39,962 nt of DNA from Octopus bimaculoides (lineage: Eukaryota), in the NCBI RefSeq assembly GCF_001194135.2, contig NC_068999.1, positions 39,884,916 through 39,924,877 of the forward strand, in the 5' to 3' direction. A program made the position numbers and the translations under genes. Each line of letters opens with the position of its first letter. Position 1 is the first letter of the stretch. This document shows positions 25,839-37,361 of the stretch, one piece after another. The notes beneath the pieces are model-generated. The model was not told the origin of the DNA. It did no database searches and saw only the letters and a list, made by a program, of their open reading frames with translations.

Positions 25839-26647
25839 ATAAATAATTAAATCTTTTCTTTACGCATATGTATCAGAAATTAGACAACGTAGATTAAGAA
25901 TACCATTCGTGCTAAGTATTTGATTAAGGTACGCGGCATTGTGGGCAGTGTGTTAAAATGGTAACCGAAACAGGATGACCGGCCACTTCAGATCTAAAAG
26001 TCGAGATATTTGTGTCCAGGCATTTTACCTTAATACACACTTCTTTCGGCATAGTTTTTATGTCAGAAAATATAGTAACAGTCTAAAAATAAATATCGTC
26101 CTTAAATTAACTTAATGGTATCCGTACAAAACAGATGAGACAAACTTTTTTTTCTCTAATATGACACAAAGATAAGAAGTAAAGAAAAATTGTAAAACAC
26201 GATTTAGTTGATCGAAAATGAAATTTCCTACTTTTATAAGAAAACAAAAAAAAAAAAAAATTATTACAAATTATAATGTTGCTTTTATTTATTTTTTTTT
26301 CAAACATTTTATTCTTGACCAGATTTGCTATTCCGGAGAAGCTATTTCATTGTCGTGGTGTTGTTGTTAAGGACCAGTAACATCGTCAACTTGGTCTTGG
26401 TTGGAACATAATATCGGGAGGCATCTTATAACAACTTTGGGGTCAGTTTAATTTCCTTTTCGAGATTCAGTATTTGTTTTCTTTGCGTCAATTTTGTTTC
26501 TTCAAACAGAAATAAAAATCGGTGAAAATGTGAAAGGAGTTAGGATTTTAAGTTGGGAATAAAAAAATAAACAGGGTTCATCAGCTTAGCTCTTGTCAAT
26601 TTTCGTTCGTTTGCTTTTGTGTCTGTTTACTTCCGTTTACGTCAGCA

Positions 26648-26821
26648 ACATCATCATTATCATTATCATCATCATTACCATTATCATCATCATCATCATC
26701 ATCATTATCATTAAAATCTCTTCATTTATTTCTTCTTCTTCTTCTTCTTCTTCTTCTGCTGATGCTGCTGCTGCCTCTTTTTCTTCTTTTTCATAATCAT
26801 CATCATCATAATTACCACCGC

Positions 26822-26859
<38 letters not shown>

Positions 26860-26860
26860 A

Positions 26861-26943
<83 letters not shown>

Positions 26944-27007
26944 CCATCTTTCTCTTCTCTCACAAACACAAACGCGATACTGCTAATAAAAATATAGCAA
27001 TCATCAT

Positions 27008-27053
<46 letters not shown>
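26648..27053 (+). repeat. Compound trinucleotide array (ATC/ATT)-(TTC)-(CTG)-(ATC)n-(TAC)n
   Basis: Direct read; source of the poly-D/H/M/I ORFs. Confidence 0.97.
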
Positions 27054-27982
27054 GTGAGAGTGTCTGTATGAGAGCTTCTATGCATGTTTATGAGTGCTTG
27101 TTTGCATGAGTGTTTGATTAATATAAATGAACCTACATTGCTAGAATTAAGAGTTAAAAGCCCTTAGAGCCACAAAATAAGAAATAGAAATATATTCTTT
27201 TAAATGTATCTGTTTAAATTTATTTCTAGCAATGCAAGTGCTACCCTGTACCGTTAGGCGCAATTTGACGGTATTACTTCCTATCACATCTAAACTTCTC
27301 ATAAGCATTCAGTAAATAGTTATTGATATACTACGTACCATACGTTAATCAGTATTACAACCGATGTGATTTACTGAAACACAGACAATGTATTGCTGTA
27401 GCTTGGCCTTTGACTAATATTTGAAAGATAAAAAATACATTTTTTCCATTTCTGCGGTTTCCAAATATCTACAATGTAAATCTAAAAGTGCTTAAGCACT
27501 AAATGTAATTCTATAGTATATAAACATTGTTAGGTATTTGAGATTCGACTGAATATAATAAAGTATGAATGGATTCAGGGCATCTTCAGTTTTTGTTTGT
27601 GTTTTTATTATTGTTAAGTAATGCTCAGCCACGAAATAACAAAAATCGTAGTGTTGAAGTATGAACTCCCTTGCTGGTTGGAACAATACCGTTTTAACCT
27701 TGAATAAAGAGAAAACTCTGTCATATAATAAATTATTGACGCCTATTATTTAAACACGTATATTAACATTAATATATTATAGGACTTAGTGTAATGAAGC
27801 TAGGTGTCCATTTTCCTCGTGAGATTTTGACTTAGAAATTATTGACAGGAGATTAAATATTGTAATTAAATCCGAACTAACAGCGGAATATTTCCGTCAG
27901 CTAACTAAATGATGCAAGTACAATGAATATGAAGGAGAGAAGGTTTACACACATATGCATAGAGAAGACACACATACAGCTA

Positions 27983-27992
27983 NNNNNNNNNN
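27983..27992. other. Assembly gap (10 N)
   Basis: N bases followed by (TA)n. Confidence 1.
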
Positions 27993-29217
27993 TATATATA
28001 TATTCATATTTCTGGGGGGTGCGCGTGCACGTACGTCTGTGCGCGTGTGTGTTTTGATATCAATTTTGCGAAGTGATAGAAGCGAAGGTAATGTTATTTT
28101 AAGAGAGAATATATTTCAATTCTCCAAGCTAAGTAACTGCAGGAATCAAAGTGAAACAGTTTCCTACCAAACCACATCTGAAATTGAAATGAGAAATTTC
28201 AGCGAGATATATAATTTTGTCAAAGGAAATAAAAATAAAAGAATTTAAAACAAAACTATTTATGAAACTTTTAGCCATGTACATCATTCTTAGATGCAAT
28301 AAGAGGGTCTAAGTTTACATGCACTGTACAAGGAGGTATATCTTTAACACAGAATATATACAAACACGCTGTCCCTCATTTATAGAGGATACATACATAT
28401 AACATACATGCATACTTACAAAATTCAAACACCAACCTCCGCACAGATATACACGTGCACACAAACATTACATAGATACAGATGATACGCAGAATCAACA
28501 ATAACAATTTAATTTTGATCACTAATACGCCACGGAATACTAACAATAACAACAAAAATGGCGTACATAGTGGCATGTGGAAATTGTAGCTCCTATATAC
28601 TTGTTAGAAGACGTAGCCAATTGCTCTACAGACCTGCAAACTCACGTCTGAAATAACTATACAAAGGGATGGATTGTTGAAGTTGGAATTCTTTTGATCA
28701 AAGGTCTACTCAGTGAATCCATTGGATAAAAGTGGACTTCGAGCTAAAAAAAGGGAGACAAGAATGTCTGTTTAATCGCATATGGAGTTCATAACTGCCA
28801 GTCATATATATAATGCTGACCACGATCTTCCTTATGCGGTAAAACATAGAGAAGAGAAAACTTGTACATTTGTTAAACATTCTATCGTATTACCTTCGAG
28901 ATATATATAAGGACTTGTATTAGGTCCTTGACAAGCGCAGGTCAAAATATACTTCGAATCTTCTCTTTATTGCTCCCTTCTGTTTCGTTTGTATCCGTAT
29001 CATTTTACTGTCATCGTCTTGGAAGACTGTCCAATGGTCGCTTACATACAAATTTAATTGACGCAAGTAAGTGTCGCTTCCTAGTTTTTTATATCGATTC
29101 TGCAACTAAGTTACGCCAGTATTAACATTTTGTAATGTTCTTCATGTCCATATTTCCATTCGAATATATCAGTATCCATTACTACTTTTAGTTCAACTAG
29201 TTGTAATTTCTTTACGA

Positions 29218-29340
29218 ATGATAACTGCAGCAGCAGCAGCAACAACAACAACAGCAATAACGATACTTATAATAATAGCAATAATACTAATAATGAATAA
29301 AAGAATAGCAATAATAATAACAATAATGATAATAACAATG

Positions 29341-29388
<48 letters not shown>

Positions 29389-29505
29389 TTAATAATGATT
29401 AAGAATAATAACTTTGATAATAATAAAATGTCAATAATTCAACACAAACAGCAGAGTATCACGCAAATAATGGCTTTTATTATTATTATTATTATTATTA
29501 TTGTT
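29218..29505 (+). repeat. Degenerate (GCA)/(ACA)/(ATA)n tract followed by inverted (TTA)n
   Basis: Direct read. Confidence 0.9.
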
Positions 29506-32079
29506 GAAATATTTGATTCCGCTCGTTCTCTTATATGTCAGTGATGTAATTGAGAAATGCTTCTTTATTTTAAATCAATTGTTAAAAACGGAAGCAAAGC
29601 AAGCACAATGCTTGTCATCGTTTATCGTTATTTTTTGTCCTCATCATAATTGACTGTTCCATGTATGGCATGATATCCTTCATAAATACAATATAATGTC
29701 TGTGAAATATCAAGTTAGATCGTGATATTCATACATTCAGATTTCGTTTCTTTAATATTTTTCTCACTTTATAATACGATTCTCTGATTTATAATTCTTA
29801 CTTTACACTTTAATACTTACATCTTTTTTCTTTTCTTTTTTTTTGTGCTTAACCTGGAATTCTTTTATTCTCTATCTTAACCTACCCAGGTATATTGACT
29901 AGGACAAGTAAATTTTTTATTCACGTAACCATATCTTCCAATATATTAAAAACTGAACATATGCAACGCGAAGATAATGGCAGCGCAGCTGACATGTTTC
30001 TGCAGAGATGTTAATGACTCCCATTTTTGTCTTTGAATTTCTTCAGGGAAAAAACTAAAAGAATAATAACAACATGAAGCTACAAAATAACATGCATTTC
30101 TCAGAATGAAAACCTTGGTTTGAAAACTACACAGGTTCTAACGATTTAGTACTCCTAATTGTACAAATCATAAGGATTTTATTCAAGAGAGATCAAAGTT
30201 GTTAAATAAACTAGAATTGGCAACTGTATATATTGTCTTTCCTTCTACTCAGTTGTAATTAATATAAAATTTAATTGTTATTTTCTCCGAAAATGGCTTA
30301 TCTTTTCAGACCATGGTTATTTGAGTTTGTGTAATGTTCAACATACCAGAGGTAACTCAACCATTCCATAGGTATGTGATTTAAATAAAACCCAATAGGT
30401 GAAGTGTGAGCGAGTGTCTGTCTATATAGCAGAGTTTCATAATTTCATTTCTGTGACGAGTGAAGAATCTAGCTTTCCGAAGAAAGAGCAATGAAGCTAA
30501 TATTAGATCTGACAGAACTTAAAATCACAGCCTAGGCCATCTCTACTTTTTATTGATTACAGATTTTACTTTGAATTCATTACATTTCATAATTTAAATG
30601 TAAAGCCCAGCGTGTCGTAACTCAAGAAATTCCTGCAACTTAATATATTTACGTATATTCTCAACATATAAAAAATGTAACAGTAGTCATTTGCTCGAAA
30701 GTGTATTAAATTTATTATAGAAACAAACTGATTAAAGGTAAATTACAAATACTTACGAATAGATGTATATTTAATGCCTAATAGATAAATATTAATTTTA
30801 TTTGATTAAGCTTAAGTTATTAATTGTGGAAGTGCCGTTGATTATCTAGAACACTATACAATTTATTGCCTTCCGTGTAGTAGAGTTAAAGCTTCCGTTG
30901 TAGGCAATAGCAAATTAATTGTATTAGTCTTCAGTTTTCAACCACATAATCACTCACTGATATTTGTAGTAAATGTGGAAGGCTCTTTCCAACCACAGCC
31001 TAAATAAGATTAGATTAGTAACAAGTTTGGAGGTGTGAAACAAGGTAGAGCACTGAGCCAATGCGGCGACATTAGTTAATGTCATTTTATCTTCAATGAT
31101 ATGATATCAGACCTTGGAATTTGCCGTTGCCTTAAGTCATCTAACAATTGTTACTCTTGAAGTAAATATAAGAACAATAACTAGATTCAAGTGTTACATT
31201 TCAAATGTTAAAAACTGTTTAACACGAATGTAGTGAAGCAATCACTGGGATCCACTCTTCTGATTCGAGATCTGGTTTGTTTTTGTTTTATTGTATATTC
31301 AAGATGTGACTATAATCCACTCTGAATGATGAATTGAATCTACCGTATAATAATAAATGAAAAAAAGAATGTGTGTTATATTACTTCCGATAATTATGAT
31401 ATTAGATACAAAAGACATGCAATATGCGATAAGTCAGTTAAGCGTCTTCTACACTACTTTTGAATTAAATATGTATCCTAACTTGTTAATCAGAAACTGT
31501 ATAAATCATCATTCTATCGGCCGAAATATACTCGTATACATGCATATATAGGTTAGTGTCTGTTATATGTACATATATGTTCACGTAATTATGTAGAAAC
31601 AGAGATCGATAAGCATATTATTACCTTGTGTGAGAGTGAGACTTGTGTGTAATCATGTACGTAACTTTTTATTCTTCACCGATATACATCGGCCACCGAT
31701 AGAATCATCTGTATTCTTCGAACGAATTCCTTTGAACGGTGTAAATCTCGCTGCCAGTCACTTAGAACCTTGGATTGGCTTACTGTAAACCCATAAAAAA
31801 ATGCTATTGTTCAAAACCCTTGATAGGAGTTAAAGAAATGCGTAAATCATAAGCGGGGATTATGAAATATATTAGGGATTACCTGCAATAGTCTTTGTCC
31901 GGGGATGCAAGGGAGATAACTGCAATTGTTTCTGTCATAATATATTCGAGAGATTGCAGAAGATCAAAGGGGAAGTCAATATTTAATTAAATGCTACGAG
32001 TAAATTTACCTTGTGCACTTTTACTAAATTCCATTAATAAATGTCTTCAGATGCCACTGCTTTTATTAGGAACTCTCAC

Positions 32080-32400
32080 TTTAATGCTCTTAAATCCAAT
32101 AGCTTTGCAATTACCATAACATCTCTACAGCTACAATAGCATTTCACAAACCTGGATTTCCTATCCAGAACACAATTTATTTCAATCCGTGTGTCCTTCA
32201 CCGCGTGCAGCTGTACACTTTACTTAGACAGGATATTGAAGTCGTATCAACTAGGAGAGAATGAAAAGAATCCACTTGACTGTCGACTTGATCATTTCTG
32301 AAGTATAAACTGAAGATGGCTTTTGTTGAACACTGCACACGTTTCTGTAACTCGTGTTTAATATCCACGGATAAGTGCTTGCGGATTACAAGGAGGAAAA
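32080..32400 (-). mobile_element. Possible decayed RTE-like LINE fragment (post-RT region)
   Basis: KHLSVDIKHELQKRVQCSTKAIFSL resembles the RTE motif (G..LS....I..EI..RI..A..AF..L). The downstream EIQVC..LL..C segment is only loosely similar. Confidence 0.3.
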
Positions 32401-33406
32401 AATATAAGTTTACAGATTGTATCAAAAGTAGCTTACAATGAATTCGTTTCATGATTCTAAATCCAACTTGCATGAGTGCTTATTCAAGTGGCTAATTTCT
32501 TGCCTTTCAAACAAGAACGACGTTGCATAGGAAATAAATATGTACTGTTCTTGACAAGATGATATCTGGCTCCAAGGGAATGGATAAGACAATAATCAGA
32601 TATAATATACGTTGCAGATATTAAACTCTATAGCTGCTTGATCGAAAGTAAGATAATTGAACTGCAAGAGGCACGGAATTTCTGAACATTAAGTCAAGAA
32701 ACTGACCGTCAGTTATTCATTTTGATCGTAAATATATCACTAAACTATTGCAAGCTATAAATGGAAGCTAAGTAGGGAAAGGTAAGATTAATTCACTCTC
32801 GGTAATCTCTACCTGTATAACCAAGTTGATTTATTCTTTGCTATATTTATGGACAGCAACGCTTTTGTAGTTTATCACTCTCTCTTTCATTATTTCCCAT
32901 CTCTGTCTCTCTGCTTATTTCACTCACCCCATGTCAATCTCTCGCTTTCCTTCTCTCACATACACATACATATAGTGTGTATATTTCTGAGAGCTTTTAT
33001 GTATATATGTTTGCATATGTATGCGTGTTTATGTTTGCGTGCGTGCGTGTGTGTATGTGTGTTTGTTTGTGTGTGTGTAGATATAGATATTTATAATATA
33101 GATGTAAATATTGTATGTCAGTGAGCATCTTTTTCGAATCAATGTCTAAACTGAGGTTGCATAGTAAGCATATACAAAATTTCGTAACGAACAGATACAC
33201 ATTCCATCAAGATGCTTGATCAATTTTCATTGGGGAGCTTCATTAAAACACATGATATGTTTGCGTTGTGATGTCCCATGACATATTCTACAGTAGATTA
33301 TTCTATGGAAGCTGCCATGCCCCACCTCCAGCCATTTCATAAAGAAATCGTGACTGACAGGTGACTTATAAAGGCTATTATAGTTTGTGGTCTATCATTG
33401 ATATAT

Positions 33407-33607
33407 ATTGGTTTCATATCTTGGCACAAAGCCAGAAATTTCGGAACAGGGGTTGAGTCGATTACATCAACCCAAGTGTTCAACTGGCACTTAATTTATC
33501 AACGAAAGAATAAAAGGCAAAGTCGACCTCGGTAGAATTTTAACTCTGGACAAAATGCTTAGTGGCATTTTGTCCGGCGTGCTACCGATGTTGCCAGTTC
33601 GCTGCCC
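33407..33607 (-). mobile_element. Octopus-type short SINE (second family), near full length
   Basis: Minus strand reads ggcagcgaactggcaacatcggtagcacgccggacaaaatgc...gagttaaaattctaccgaggtcgactttgcc...gataaattaagtgccagttgaacacttgggttgatgtaatcgactc...ctggctttgtgccaagatatgaaaccaat. This is a tRNA-like head plus the family tail, homologous to 34462-34620. Confidence 0.85.
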
Positions 33608-34461
33608 TCTACCGGTAATATATATGTGAAATCGTTTCTCTGATATGCCGTGGTCTTTCTGCTATTCTTCTACTCCTATCAAAATGGTACACTATATTTC
33701 TTTGGAATACGAATAATTTGTTATTTGTTCAATGGAAGAGAAACGCTGAAGGTTCAAACCTAATTAAAACCAAGTATTCTAGTCCGTTTTAACTTCTCCC
33801 ATATGTAAACACAGGTTTCTATTACACTAGTGCGGTCTGACAATTGGTCGACGATGCAACCTAGCTACGTGAATGATTCAAGAAATATTAATTACTAAAT
33901 ACTATATTCATGATGGGGAAAATTTGAAGGATTTCAATTGCCAAGACCTCACGCTTTGTTGCTTCAGGCCGCCTTAGGTTGATAATAGTATATAGGTATG
34001 AGTAGGTGATAGCACATGTCTAGTGTACAGTAGATATTCGTTTTCTATTTACCTAGCCCATCCAACCAGTTTCAATGAATGATATCGCTTAAAGATATAT
34101 GTAATATATGTATGTGTGTATATGTGTATGTGTGTAGAGAGAGAGGAGAGAGTAGAGGTGAGATAAATAGACAAATACAGAAATATTTTTTAGTTTGTGT
34201 ATAAGAACACACTTATATCTGTCGAATTTTCTGTCAATCTCTCTGTCTCCCTCTCTCTCTCTCTGCCTCTGTTTGTCTCCCTCTACCTCTCTCTGTCCCT
34301 GTCTGTCTCTCTTTCTCTTTCTTTGTCTCCCTTTCTAATGGATTATATAGTCTGGTGACAACGATTCATTATGTTTCCTTATGACAACATCATACAGTCA
34401 TGTATGCAACGTATTGTATAACATTATGAATGCTGATTTTTTTGCATAACGGAATATATAT

Positions 34462-34620
34462 TTAGCGGCATGACTTTCAGCTGATTATATTCTGAGTTAG
34501 AATTCCCCCGGGGTCCAATTTGCAGTTAATTATTTCGTGGTCGATAAAATAACTTGCAATTCAACATTGGGTTTGTTGTAACTCCCCTGAAGTTCGTTGT
34601 CCTTGTGCCAACCTTTGAAA
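34462..34620 (+). mobile_element. Diverged copy of the same short SINE family, 5' truncated
   Basis: ttagcggcat..ttctgagttagaattcc..ggggtc..tttgc..ggtcgataaaataa..cattggg..tgtaa..ccttgtgccaa..tttgaaa is colinear with the reverse complement of 33407-33560. Confidence 0.7.
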
Positions 34621-35289
34621 GAGTCATTATCAAGAATTAGTTCAGGCTACAAATAGTCCACGCAATGCATTGCTTGAATGGCAATTCTGTGGTTTATTTA
34701 TTTAATCAGAGTCTATTTTCTAGTTTATTTTCGGCTCTTCTCGCAGAGGGGTTGTTACACTTTTATTACAGAAAGAATTTGGTTGTTACTTGTAAAATAT
34801 CAGATGAAGCATCAACATTCATACATTCTCACATGTTCGTTCATTGTCAAGATATGTTAATTACTTATGTTGAAAAATGAAAATTTGTTTGGTTAACATT
34901 AGCAAATTTAAACAAAAAAAAATTTTAAATAGCTTATTTGCAAACATAACTATCGTGTAGAAAAGTTTATGACTGGAAACTATATAAAACATGTCAGGAA
35001 AACAACACTAAAAGCTACAGTATCACATGAATATCTAAATCGATGCCAATTTAATTATAAAACCTCGTTATTTGCTGACACTGACACAAAACAGGCTTAA
35101 AACGGGGAGGAAAGAACATGGTTTGCTCTTAATCAATTTTCATATGAGAACACTATTCTTTTCTTATTTTCAATGTGTTTGAGAAAGAGCGATCTGATAT
35201 TACTGTTGTTGTTATCGTTATAATTATTTTTGTTTTTGTTACATATGTTATTATTGTCTTTCTAGTTGTTATTTTTTTTTCTATTTAGA

Positions 35290-35385
35290 CATAACGCCAG
35301 CAATTTTGAGGGGTTGGGGAGTCGTTTAAAAGAATTTACCACAGTATTTGACTGGTGCATCAATCCTGGAAGCATGAATGTGCCA
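35290..35385 (-). mobile_element. Degenerate 3' part of the short SINE family
   Basis: gccagcaattttgagggggttggggagtcg...cagtatttgactggt resembles gccagaaatttcggaacaggggttgagtcg...aagtgttcaactggc at 33431-33490. Confidence 0.5.
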
Positions 35386-35404
35386 TTCCTCTTCTTGCCG
35401 TGGT

Positions 35405-35625
35405 GGAGGCGCGTGGCTTAATGGTTAGGGTGTTGGACCATGATCGTAAGATTGTGCTTTCGATTCCTGGACGGGCGATGCTTTGTGTTCTTGATCAAAC
35501 ACTTCATTTTACGTTGCTCCAATGCACTCAGCTGTCCCGTCCAGATGGGGAATATATACGCCACTGAAACCGGGAAACCGGCCCTTATGAGCCTGGCATG
35601 GCTCCAGAAGGAGACATTTCTCCTT
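35405..35625 (+). mobile_element. tRNA-derived SINE (third family)
   Basis: Pol III A box TGGCTTAATGG at 35414-35424 and near-consensus B box TTTCGATTCC at 35458-35467. These are followed by a non-tRNA body (tgtgttcttga..aaacacttcattttacgttgctcca..cactcagctg) with no acceptor stem or cloverleaf. Confidence 0.8.
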
Positions 35626-36208
35626 CTTCTTTCTTTTCAGCGTGGATAAAATGAAGTATCAAGTAAAGATGGCAATGGTATCGACTAACTCACATAGTAA
35701 TAAACGAGTGAAGAACGAATATATATTGTGTGTTTATATGGCAAGAAACCTGACATCCCGAAATATAACACTATCTATTTCAAATATTTATATGCATACC
35801 TGCATACATACAGGGAGAGACAGAAAGCGTGAGAAAAAGAAAGTCCTGTTAAGTTTTATTATGCTGGAGTTTATTCGTTTAAACCTGATGATTCCCGCCC
35901 TTTACATTCAATACATCGTATCTTATGAAGCGTGACGAATACATTTCGTTTTGCTTCCAAATGAACGTTCGATTATGGCAAGTAGCGCTAACACAAGCCG
36001 ACGCGAATTATCGGCTTCGAACGTATATGCATATAAACAACATAAATTCACAAATGTAAACCTGTAAGCATGGGAATAAGAAATCGACCCTTCAGTCATT
36101 TTGTGCAAATTCTGCCGATTATTTATTAAAAGAAAAAAACGTGTGTGTATATGTGAGTGTGTGTGTGTGTGTATGCATGTATAAATGTATGTATATGTTT
36201 GTATGTAC

Positions 36209-36211
<3 letters not shown>

Positions 36212-36272
<61 letters not shown>
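36212..36272 (+). repeat. (TA)n microsatellite
   Basis: Direct read. Confidence 0.98.
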
Positions 36273-36273
<1 letters not shown>

Positions 36274-37280
36274 GGGCACATATACCTGTATATTCCTATT
36301 AGGTGTATTATCTGTGTGTGTGCACAACTGCATAGCATAAACGGAAAGTTGCATAATATATTCTGGTCAAAATGTAGTGATTCGTAACACCTAGATCGAT
36401 CGATAACCCATCTTATTCATTGCAGCACCTTCTTATCCTTTTCTTTGCCTCTTTCGTTTTGCTATTCATATCCCTTTTAGTTTCCTCGTGATCCTGATAT
36501 CTCCTTCTTAATACCTTTATCAGTCTCATTTATTCACCTATTCACCTTCTCCCTGATATAGTTTTTGGCAACATCAAATGTTCGCAACGGAAGGTCATCT
36601 TCTCGTTGAATGCACATTAAACGAATCTTTTCTTCTATAACTCGACACTCTTCATCATGCATTTCTGAGAACTGTCAAATCGTGTTAAAATCACACTGAC
36701 TTTTGCTGATCAAAATGTCTATGTCTTTCCTCTCCTCTCACTCAGAAATATAAACATATTCTTGCACACATTTCATTTACACAAACATACAAACACTCGC
36801 ACATTTATCGAAACCTCTTCCCTATCTGTGTCTTACGGTCTCTCTTTAACTCTTTCCTTTTTTGCGTGCTGTTATCATTATACCATCGAAGTTCGATTAT
36901 TCGATTTTATATGCGATGCCATAACCATAATACTACTAGTACCATTAAAGGCCTAACAAAAGAAACGGAAATATCAGCAATAACTATAAGAATGATGAAA
37001 AAAATAATGCATTCTATATCGGCCGGAAGGGTGCGTAAAAAAGATATCGAGTTATATAAAAGGATTATAAAACATGGAAGTATTGATATATGCGTGCATT
37101 TGTGTGTTTATGTGTATGTTTGTTTGTGTAATAAAGCACATAGTCATTTGTTTAAGCTGTTACACCTTCGAACATAAAATATTGGGTTCGAATTCTAGAA
37201 GGGGGATGTTTAAATCATTCAGCAAAGCACTTTATTTTCCTTGCTCAAGTTTTTTTATTCTATTCAAAATGTCTACTTAC

Positions 37281-37361
37281 CAAGTGTGGTTCCAGGCATC
37301 GTAGCCTCCATGTACCACATCTGCTGACGCAACGATGGTCTGCTCGCAAATCTGTCTATGT
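37281..37361 (-). CDS. Candidate isolated internal exon of an unidentified gene (81 nt)
   Basis: Minus strand has the acceptor tgttgcaagCAG and the donor TTG|GTAAGT. Length is divisible by 3 and GC is 42/81 in an AT-rich context. Two frames are open: (D)IDRFASRPSLRQQMWYMEATMPGTTL(G) or HRQICEQTIVASADVVHGGYDAWNHT. No family recognised. Confidence 0.3.

Noticed and set aside
25926-25945. miR-124-like TAAGGTACGCGG
   Set aside because: There is a mismatch in the seed, the 3' half diverges, and no complementary arm forms a precursor.
26637-26986. Poly-Asp/Glu, poly-His and poly-Met ORFs, superficially like acidic biomineral or metal-binding proteins
   Set aside because: They are translations of a pure (ATC)n/(TTC)n microsatellite with single-codon usage, no signal peptide and no flanking unique coding sequence.
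27242-27275. TACCCTGTA match to the miR-10 5' end with a small hairpin
   Set aside because: Only 9 nt match, and the hairpin is far too short for a pre-miRNA.
16123-27813. Shared 14-mer CTAGGTGTCCATTT at about 16123 and 27800
   Set aside because: A few 14-mer matches are expected by chance in 40 kb of AT-biased DNA, and the flanks do not extend.
30310-30351. 42-nt plus-strand candidate exon (cttttcAG...AGAG|GTAACT; DHGYLSLCNVQHTR)
   Set aside because: Low GC, no recognisable homology, opposite strand to the better candidate, and such AG/GT pairs are expected by chance in 40 kb.
35405-35480. Functional tRNA gene
   Set aside because: A and B boxes are present, but there is no acceptor stem or cloverleaf and it continues into a SINE body.
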